NCBI GenBank assembly: GCA_902536935.1
Contig: CACAZM010000001.1
Location: 22,013 to 86,012 of the forward strand
Source of the DNA: an uncultured Bacteroidota bacterium
Lineage (GTDB): Bacteria > Bacteroidota > Bacteroidia > Flavobacteriales > Flavobacteriaceae
Length of the DNA: 64,000 bases
Direction: 5' to 3'
The notes under the pieces were generated by a model that saw only the letters and a program-made list of their open reading frames with translations, was not told the DNA's origin and did no database searches. The position numbers were made by a program, and so were the translations under genes. The first letter of the stretch is position 1; each line of letters begins with the position of its first letter. Shown here one piece after another: positions 57,499 through 64,000 of the stretch.

Positions 57499-59678
57499 CA
57501 ATTAATAAAAACTTTAAAGTTTTGAAAAATTCCTTTATGTTGAATTTGAATAATATATAATCCTTTACTCAGTTTTGATAAATCTAAACTTTTTTCATGA
57601 GGTATTGTTTGCTCAAATAATTTTTTTCCTGAAATAGAGAAAACTGAACATTGAATTTCAGCATCACTACCATTAAAGGAAATAATATCATAAGTGGGGT
57701 TGGGGAAAATTGTTATTGGCTTAATTATATGTGCCTTTTTATTCAAATATGTAGAAAAATCAAGAACAAAACTACTTATTGACTTAGGAGCAAAATCTGT
57801 TTCAATAAACCGATAATCATCTATAAAATCCATTTCAGATTTATAAAAATCCATGGAATTGTTATCTGTTGTATAACGAAATATGTTAGATGTATTATAT
57901 GGTATCTCTACAGTCATAGGAATCGAATCAGTTCCTGAATTAAAAACATGAACAACGAGCTCATTTTCATCGGGATGTAGAAATGTAGAAACAAACAAAT
58001 CATTTTCAAAATGTTTATGAAAAACTCTGATATATCCCTTAAATGATAAATTTGAAAAATGCTTAAACGCATGATAACGTTTTGGAATGATGATGCTCTC
58101 TAAATCATCCCAAACAACCAAACCTGAAGAACCTTCTTTATCACCCTCTTCTGGTGTCGCATAAGTGTGCTTATCAAAAAGTAAATGAACCATATAAGCT
58201 GTCATTCCACCCTCATTAAAACCTCTGGTAATCCACTTTATATAATCTGATGCATCATCCATGCTAAAATCTAAACTTTTCAAGTTTGCAGACTCAGTTA
58301 CCCAAACTGACTTTCCATCGGAAACGGATTTCAAAGATGACCAATTCGCATTGTGATCTGAATCATAATAGGTATGTGTAGCGACAACATCTACTGCGTT
58401 TTTAGTTGCTGAATCTTGGAACATATGCTGAATATAACTTACAGCCGAGTTTACAGCTGTTAATTGGTCGCTACTTCCCGGGCTCACTCTTGCTGCTTCT
58501 GGACTAATAATGCCAACCGATGAAAAGGAAGAATTATCTAGTCTACTTCTTAACACAGGTATAATATTTACCAATTCATTTGGGGTTAGGTTCATAGATT
58601 CATATGTGTTCATAAAATCAGGTTCATTTGTAAGCGATACTTCTGAAACATCAATACCAAAATATTGTTTTAGCCCTACAAGAAAAATTTCTATAAACTC
58701 TGAAAACTCGTGCTCCATACCCATTTTTAAAGTATTAAGTGATATATCCTCACTCTCTGAACTTCTTTTGTGTGATTCATTAACTTTCATCCAACCGGGT
58801 GCACTATTGCAATTTCCTATAAGATGATCAATCCCAACCTCACTTTTTGTAACTGCTCTTTGGATTGTTTCTCCAACTTCGAATGGTGCTCCATTATAGT
58901 AATTCCATGAAGTGTTGGAGAGATCAATCAAGTTTGAATCATTATTATCATTTTGATTATTTTCAATAGAGTGATGAATAAAAAACCTAAGCATATTGAT
59001 TTTTAAATCCTTATAAATCAAATCTTCAACGATATCTCTTTTTGTTTGTGATAAATCATTCAGATAGTCTGTTCTTCTTTTAATTCCACCACCAAAGCCT
59101 TGAATGGTTTGAAAACGTTCATTGATATTTATTGAAATAGCATTCCCTGGCATTGCATTAATTTCATCTAAATAATAGGTTGAATTCGCATTTAAATAGC
59201 GAAAACTTATCTGATAACTTGGTACACTTTCGTTCGAACCAAATGTATATGAATACTGTTTCCAGTTCTGAGTTAATTCGAAAGTTGTTTGCTTAAAAGC
59301 TGAACTTCCTACAGAAGGGTCGCTAAGACACAATTTTAATAATGGTGCTTGTTGATTGTAAGTGGCTTTGGCGAAAAAGGAAATAGTGACTTTTTGATCA
59401 GCATCCATTGAAAACTGATGGTCAGACTTTGTTTGAACACTGTATTGGTAGTTGCCAAGCATATTCACTTCTGCTCGAAGAGCTTTAGTACTACCAAACA
59501 ACTCAATATTGTCTACAACATCAAATATTGCATTTGAACCATGAATAGATTGATTTGTCCAATAGCTAAATCCATTCTCAGATGTTTGCTCAAGCTCTCC
59601 GTTTTGTATTGGTAAGTCTTGCGAAAATAAACTCATCACACAGAAAGCAGTTTTAACTAATGAATATAAAAATTTCAT
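57498..59678 (-). CDS. Secreted GH30-like glycoside hydrolase with an N-terminal CBM-like domain and a T9SS C-terminal sorting domain
   Basis: ERFQTIQGFGGG start of the catalytic domain, clan GH-A acid/base in SLTNEPDF, nucleophile in VWVTESA, and a GH30-type side-domain motif YHAFKHFSN. The last ~75 aa (IFPNPTYDIISF...GLYIIQIQ...KVFIN) look like a type A Por sorting domain. Confidence 0.7.
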   Translation of the reverse strand: MKFLYSLVKTAFCVMSLFSQDLPIQNGELEQTSENGFSYWTNQSIHGSNAIFDVVDNIELFGSTKALRAEVNMLGNYQYSVQTKSDHQFSMDADQKVTISFFAKATYNQQAPLLKLCLSDPSVGSSAFKQTTFELTQNWKQYSYTFGSNESVPSYQISFRYLNANSTYYLDEINAMPGNAISININERFQTIQGFGGGIKRRTDYLNDLSQTKRDIVEDLIYKDLKINMLRFFIHHSIENNQNDNNDSNLIDLSNTSWNYYNGAPFEVGETIQRAVTKSEVGIDHLIGNCNSAPGWMKVNESHKRSSESEDISLNTLKMGMEHEFSEFIEIFLVGLKQYFGIDVSEVSLTNEPDFMNTYESMNLTPNELVNIIPVLRSRLDNSSFSSVGIISPEAARVSPGSSDQLTAVNSAVSYIQHMFQDSATKNAVDVVATHTYYDSDHNANWSSLKSVSDGKSVWVTESANLKSLDFSMDDASDYIKWITRGFNEGGMTAYMVHLLFDKHTYATPEEGDKEGSSGLVVWDDLESIIIPKRYHAFKHFSNLSFKGYIRVFHKHFENDLFVSTFLHPDENELVVHVFNSGTDSIPMTVEIPYNTSNIFRYTTDNNSMDFYKSEMDFIDDYRFIETDFAPKSISSFVLDFSTYLNKKAHIIKPITIFPNPTYDIISFNGSDAEIQCSVFSISGKKLFEQTIPHEKSLDLSKLSKGLYIIQIQHKGIFQNFKVFIN

Positions 59679-59706
59679 TTTTCTATATTAGAGTTAAAAT
59701 TTACAA

Positions 59707-61410
59707 ATGAATAGTAAAATGAATTCATTAGATAACATCTTTAGTTCACACTGGCAAAAAATCATATTATTTGTTTTTGTTGCTATTTGTTCATTAAGTG
59801 CCCAAACTTTTAAAAATCCAATATTATCGGGAGGGTATCCTGACCCATCTATATGTAGGGTTGGTGATGAATTTATTATGGTCAATTCTTCTTTTGAATA
59901 TTTCCCTGCACTACCAATTCACAAAAGCAAAGATTTGGTTAATTGGGAACTAGTGGGTTATGGATTGAATCGAATAGAACAAGTTTCAGGGCAAATAAAT
60001 TTGATTGATGTGCAGTCAAATGGAGGGATATATGCTCCTACCATTCGTTATCATAATGGAAAATATCATATTGTAACTACCAATGTTTATTACGATGAAG
60101 TAAAACAACGATCAACTGCTACCAACTTTATCATTACATCCTCAAAACCTGAAGGGCCATGGTCAAATCCAATTGTCATTAAAGGTGCACCAGGCATAGA
60201 CCCCGACATCTTTTTTGATGACGATGGTAAGGTTTGGTATACAGGGATGCATCAACCATCTGATCCAACTTTTTCTGATGAAAAAGAAATATGGACACAA
60301 GAGTTGAATCCAAATAGCTTTCAGCTTATCGGCCAGCGTTTTTTTGTCTGGAGGGGTGCATGTGGAGGTGTTTGGGCAGAGGGGCCACACATCTATAAAA
60401 AAGATGGTAACTATTATTTAATAATTGCTGAAGGCGGTACTTCATTCAATCACTCTATTATGGTAGCTGTGAGCGATACCATCACAGGTCCTTATGTATC
60501 CAATGAACGCAATCCTATTTTTAGCTCTAGGCATCTGTCCTATGACAACTGGGTACATAGTACTGGTCATGGCGATTTGATTGAACTTGAGGATGGTAGG
60601 TGGTATGTTGTGATGTTAGGTATTCGAGGAGATGTAAAACGAAAGTCAAATATGGGACGTGAAACTTTCATCGCTCCTGTTTCTTGGGAAAGAGAACACT
60701 ATGTTTGGAAGGAAAGAAAAATATTATGGCCAGTAATTGCTCCTCAGTCTGGAAAGATTCTGAAAAATAACCCGGTAATTTTTAGTAACACCACACTAAA
60801 CAAAGAAACTCTTTTTATTGATGACTTCAATGACACTAATTTGGGTCTTAAATGGAACCACAGACGTGCACCAATGCAAAAAATGTTTGATTTGGAAAGC
60901 AACCCTGGTTTTTTAAGAGTTTACACCAATGCCAATAAATTACAAGAGAGAAAACGTGCAAACTTTACCGGAATTAAACAAACTGAAAGCGATTTTAGCT
61001 TTGAAACTAAAATGAATTTCTCTTCCTCAAGCGATAGCGACGAGGCAGGAATAACTATTGTCCAAAAAGACAATAATTTTTTGTCATTTACAATTAAACA
61101 ATTAAATAATGGTATTTCACTTGAGCTAAAACTCATGAATGAAATAGAAACTAGTCTTGCCTCAAAAAAAATTGATTACAATTCTATATTGCCAATTCAG
61201 CTAAAAGTAGAATCATTTAATAATAACTATCATTTTTATTATGCTCTAGAAAATGAAAAATTTGACTTGTTTGCAATAACTCCAGCAGACCAATTATTGA
61301 GTCACGGATACACTGGTGCGCATATTGGTTTGTATGCAACTAGTAATGGGCAAATCAGCACTGGATACGCTGATTTTGATAGGGTTAAATATAAATCTGT
61401 GAAAAAATGA
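59707..61410 (+). CDS. GH43-family beta-xylosidase / alpha-L-arabinofuranosidase with a C-terminal beta-sandwich domain
   Basis: FKNPILSGGYPDPSICRVGDEFIMVNSSFEYFPALPIHKSKDLVNWE is the classic GH43 N-terminus. EGPHIYKKDGNYYL contains the catalytic Glu region. 567 aa with a signal peptide. Confidence 0.85.
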   Translation: MNSKMNSLDNIFSSHWQKIILFVFVAICSLSAQTFKNPILSGGYPDPSICRVGDEFIMVNSSFEYFPALPIHKSKDLVNWELVGYGLNRIEQVSGQINLIDVQSNGGIYAPTIRYHNGKYHIVTTNVYYDEVKQRSTATNFIITSSKPEGPWSNPIVIKGAPGIDPDIFFDDDGKVWYTGMHQPSDPTFSDEKEIWTQELNPNSFQLIGQRFFVWRGACGGVWAEGPHIYKKDGNYYLIIAEGGTSFNHSIMVAVSDTITGPYVSNERNPIFSSRHLSYDNWVHSTGHGDLIELEDGRWYVVMLGIRGDVKRKSNMGRETFIAPVSWEREHYVWKERKILWPVIAPQSGKILKNNPVIFSNTTLNKETLFIDDFNDTNLGLKWNHRRAPMQKMFDLESNPGFLRVYTNANKLQERKRANFTGIKQTESDFSFETKMNFSSSSDSDEAGITIVQKDNNFLSFTIKQLNNGISLELKLMNEIETSLASKKIDYNSILPIQLKVESFNNNYHFYYALENEKFDLFAITPADQLLSHGYTGAHIGLYATSNGQISTGYADFDRVKYKSVKK

Positions 61411-62258
61411 AAATAAAACTTTTGTATGTTGTTTTGTCGTTCATTATAATATCGTGCAAACAATCTGATGTTGCCTCCCAATCATTGGAAAGCAAAATTT
61501 TATCTTCTAAAACGATTTTATTTGAGCAACAAATTGATGGTAATATGATAAGGCGCCCTGTTTTAATTGAAACTTCTTCAGACATTGATAATCTAAAATC
61601 ATATCCCATTGTGATTGCTCTCCACGGCAGGGGGGGCTCAAACACAAATTGGGTGCAATCCCTTTCTGAGTTTACAAATTCAGGTGAATTTATTGGTGTA
61701 TATCCACAAGGATATCTCAACTCATGGAATTTAGGACAAGAACCCTCAAATGCAAATGACCCTGCATTTATATCCATGATTATAGACACCCTTCTTTCAT
61801 ATTCAAATGTTGATGAGAGTAAGATTTTTGCAATTGGGAGTTCCAATGGTTCAGGTATGGTTAATGTGCTAGGGGGTGTCAACAAAAGGCTTAAAGCAAT
61901 CGCACCCATCGGATCCCAATTAACTGAGAGAACAGAAATTAAAACAAACGCAATTCCTCTTTCTGTTTTCCAAGTCAATGGCGGTCAAGATTTAACTATA
62001 CCAATCGAAGGTGGAATTAAACTAGGACATACATTTTTAAGTGTTTCTGAAAGTGCAAAAAAGTGGGCAACAAATTTTAATTGCAACCAAAATATAGCTG
62101 TTGAAGAAACAGAACAAACAATTTTACACACTTATTCTGATTGTGATAATAGCGTAGTTGTGAAATATCTCGTTGTTAAGGGGGCTGGGCATAATATCTT
62201 TAGAGATTATTCATCGCTATGGAATGAAGTTTGGGGGTTTTTTAGCTCACTTAACTAA
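61407..62258 (+). CDS. Secreted alpha/beta-hydrolase esterase (PHB-depolymerase/feruloyl- or acetyl-xylan-esterase-like)
   Basis: Lipoprotein-like signal (IIISC), oxyanion region ALHGRGGS, nucleophile elbow GSSNG, and a late His (GAGHN). The start overlaps the GH43 stop (ATGA). Confidence 0.65.
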   Translation: MKIKLLYVVLSFIIISCKQSDVASQSLESKILSSKTILFEQQIDGNMIRRPVLIETSSDIDNLKSYPIVIALHGRGGSNTNWVQSLSEFTNSGEFIGVYPQGYLNSWNLGQEPSNANDPAFISMIIDTLLSYSNVDESKIFAIGSSNGSGMVNVLGGVNKRLKAIAPIGSQLTERTEIKTNAIPLSVFQVNGGQDLTIPIEGGIKLGHTFLSVSESAKKWATNFNCNQNIAVEETEQTILHTYSDCDNSVVVKYLVVKGAGHNIFRDYSSLWNEVWGFFSSLN

Positions 62259-62317
62259 AATCTTATTTCATTATAAATTATGACAAATTATTTTTAATTC
62301 ATCAGCAAAGCTTTTGA

Positions 62318-62325
62318 TAGTTTTG
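62318..62325 (+). promoter_or_regulatory. Candidate -7 box (TAgtTTTG) for the GH10 gene
   Basis: Exact TAnnTTTG, 18 nt upstream of the ATG at 62344. Confidence 0.4.
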
Positions 62326-62343
62326 TATAACAAAAATTAATTG

Positions 62344-63705
62344 ATGATTAAATACCGGCTATTTTTGATGATATTTTTGATTTGCTTTGTTGTAAAATCT
62401 CAGAAATATGATGCTCATGTTCCTTGGGAATTGAAAGGCGCTGATGAGCGTATTGATAAATATCGAAAAGGAAAGGCGAAGCTACTTTTTGTGTTTGACA
62501 ACAACAGCAGTGAGTTTGCTAAATTAGACATAGGATTAGCAAATCATGCATTTAACTTTGGGGTTTCAATGACCCAAGAAGGACCTTTCGAGGGAACATT
62601 ATTCCAAGATATTTACAGACAAAGGGTTTCAGAGGTTTTTAATTTTGTTACACTTGGTTTTTATTGGAGTGCGAGAGACGAAAAAAGAGATTTAAGTCAC
62701 TTCAATAAAAGAATGGATGACAAAATATCTTGGGCTGTAAAAAATAAAATGAAAATTAAAGGACATCCATTACTATGGCATGAGTCACTTCCAAAATGGG
62801 TTATTAACAACGATGACCCTGAGGAGTTGGAAAAAATTATTTACAAGAGAATTAGTGATTTGATACTATCCTATCCAGAGATTAAGTATTGGGATGTTTA
62901 CAATGAGGCTGTCGCTCCTTTTAAAGATCATGTTACTCCTAGTGGTGTGACTCGTTGGATAGAACATAAAGGAGGTATCTATCCTGCAATGTTAGAATTA
63001 TATGATTTTGTGAACCAAATCGATTCATCCAAGATTTATACCAATAACCATTATCATCCCAAAGATCCTGAATTTTTTAAGTTAAATAGATTTTTTATTG
63101 ATCAAGAAGTCGGTTATCAAGCAATTGGTATGCAAGCTCACATGCAAACACAAGATAATGTTCTTGAAGAGCAGGAAATTGTAGAACTGATAGACTCATT
63201 TGTCCCTATGGGCAAAAATATTCAATTTACCGAGGTTACAGTAACAAGTTCTAAGCTTTTTAAGAATTGGAAAGACCACCAAATTTTTTTGAATAAAAGA
63301 AATGAAGCTAGAAAAAAAGGTAAACAATTAACACTTCCAAGTCTCGAAGAAAGAGAAAACTACCAGTCGGCATACATTAAAGATCTTTACACTCTTTTGT
63401 TTAGTCTACCAAGTATAAGCTCTGTGACAATGTGGAATTTGACAGATCGAAATGCTTGGAGAGGACATGCAGGTGGTGTTTTGGATCAGGAATTAAACCC
63501 TAAAAAAGCTTTTTACACCCTAAAGAATTTAATTAAAGAGACTTGGACGACAAAGATTGAAAAAGAAATAGATCTAAATAAAGAGTTCCATTTTATAGGT
63601 TTTTATGGAATGTATGAGGGAACCATTAAAGTTGGCAATAAACTTTACAAGTTTTCTTTTGACCATGAAAAAGAAAATGATAACGTTATAAAAATCATAC
63701 TTTAG
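62344..63705 (+). CDS. Divergent GH10-family endo-1,4-beta-xylanase-like protein
   Basis: Signal peptide, GHPLLWH, acid/base in WDVYNEA, nucleophile in IQFTEVTV, and a late W (VTMWNLTD). There is a Lys-rich insertion after the nucleophile strand. 453 aa. Confidence 0.7.
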   Translation: MIKYRLFLMIFLICFVVKSQKYDAHVPWELKGADERIDKYRKGKAKLLFVFDNNSSEFAKLDIGLANHAFNFGVSMTQEGPFEGTLFQDIYRQRVSEVFNFVTLGFYWSARDEKRDLSHFNKRMDDKISWAVKNKMKIKGHPLLWHESLPKWVINNDDPEELEKIIYKRISDLILSYPEIKYWDVYNEAVAPFKDHVTPSGVTRWIEHKGGIYPAMLELYDFVNQIDSSKIYTNNHYHPKDPEFFKLNRFFIDQEVGYQAIGMQAHMQTQDNVLEEQEIVELIDSFVPMGKNIQFTEVTVTSSKLFKNWKDHQIFLNKRNEARKKGKQLTLPSLEERENYQSAYIKDLYTLLFSLPSISSVTMWNLTDRNAWRGHAGGVLDQELNPKKAFYTLKNLIKETWTTKIEKEIDLNKEFHFIGFYGMYEGTIKVGNKLYKFSFDHEKENDNVIKIIL

Positions 63706-63720
63706 ATTTGAGCTCGATCT

Positions 63721-63996
63721 TCAATAATTAGTATATTTAAACTGATGTTCCAACGAAACCCCATAAATCCCCTCAAGCTCTTCTATATTTTTTCGATAAA
63801 ATTTTGTTTCTGGTGGCATACTCAAAGACTTCCAAAATAAATAATCATAATCTGACTCATAATTCGACATATCCAAATTCGAAACACTCTCCCCTGTCTG
63901 AAACAGAGATTTATCTTCAACCAAATCAAGAACATACACTTCATGTCGATAAGCTATTGGAATGTAAACAGGGGGTGTTTTTGATGCACTGATCAT
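63721..63996 (-). CDS. Hypothetical protein, possibly the C-terminal part of a longer gene continuing past the right edge
   Basis: Open frame of 91 aa from an ATG at 63996. The frame stays open to position 64000, so the true start may lie outside the window. I recognise no family. Confidence 0.3.
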   Translation of the reverse strand: MISASKTPPVYIPIAYRHEVYVLDLVEDKSLFQTGESVSNLDMSNYESDYDYLFWKSLSMPPETKFYRKNIEELEGIYGVSLEHQFKYTNY

Positions 63997-64000
63997 CGCG

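Noticed and set aside
62303-62316. Near-palindrome caaagcttttg upstream of the GH10 gene as an operator or terminator.
   Set aside because: It is imperfect, with one extra T breaking the symmetry. It is very short and AT-rich with no loop, so it cannot form a hairpin, and it overlaps nothing conserved that I can see.
1-64000. Looked for CRISPR arrays, rRNA, transposases/integrases, phage genes, toxin-antitoxin pairs and known defence-system hallmarks (large ATPases, nucleases, reverse transcriptases).
   Set aside because: I found none. Intergenic spacers are nearly all under 230 bp, there are no regularly spaced repeats, and every long ORF has a housekeeping, envelope or carbohydrate-active assignment.

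Overview
Gene-dense chromosomal segment with about 60 protein genes, one tRNA, and very short or overlapping intergenic spacers. It reads as core genome of a Bacteroidota / Flavobacteriia-type bacterium. Core content: type IX secretion (T9SS) and gliding genes (porV-porU divergent from gldJ-murF, a DUF5103 / T9SS-plug-like gene, porT next to ubiE); the complete Na+-translocating NADH:quinone reductase operon nqrABCDEF followed by apbE; PDH E1alpha/E2; trkAH; a TamL-like Omp85 lipoprotein; fbaA; accD; rpsO-pnp; ggt; oligopeptidase B; the short Bacteroidota-type rpoD; rpe; anmK. Exact matches to the Bacteroidota -7 promoter box TAnnTTTG sit upstream of many of these genes. From about 55.2 kb to the right edge the DNA is visibly more AT-rich by spot counts of a few lines. 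There it switches to an accessory xylan-degradation-type cluster: a GH30-like enzyme with a T9SS C-terminal sorting domain plus galM, GH43 plus an esterase, and a divergent GH10. I see no CRISPR array, rRNA, transposase/integrase, prophage or recognisable defence/toxin system. I cannot honestly point to a clear novel multi-gene system. The best leads, all moderate, are: (1) an unrecognisable 125-aa ORF translationally wedged between nqrF and apbE; (2) a translationally coupled secreted module of two paralogous TonB-receptor-N-terminus-only proteins, a small DUF6702-like protein and an M1 zinc peptidase; (3) the AT-rich T9SS-linked xylanolytic island and the internally duplicated secreted protein at its border; (4) extreme compaction, with head-to-head genes sharing start codons, convergent genes sharing stop codons, and -7 boxes almost touching ATGs. 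Several ORF-track entries start at TTG/GTG upstream of a better ATG. I give the trimmed coordinates and say so in the evidence.
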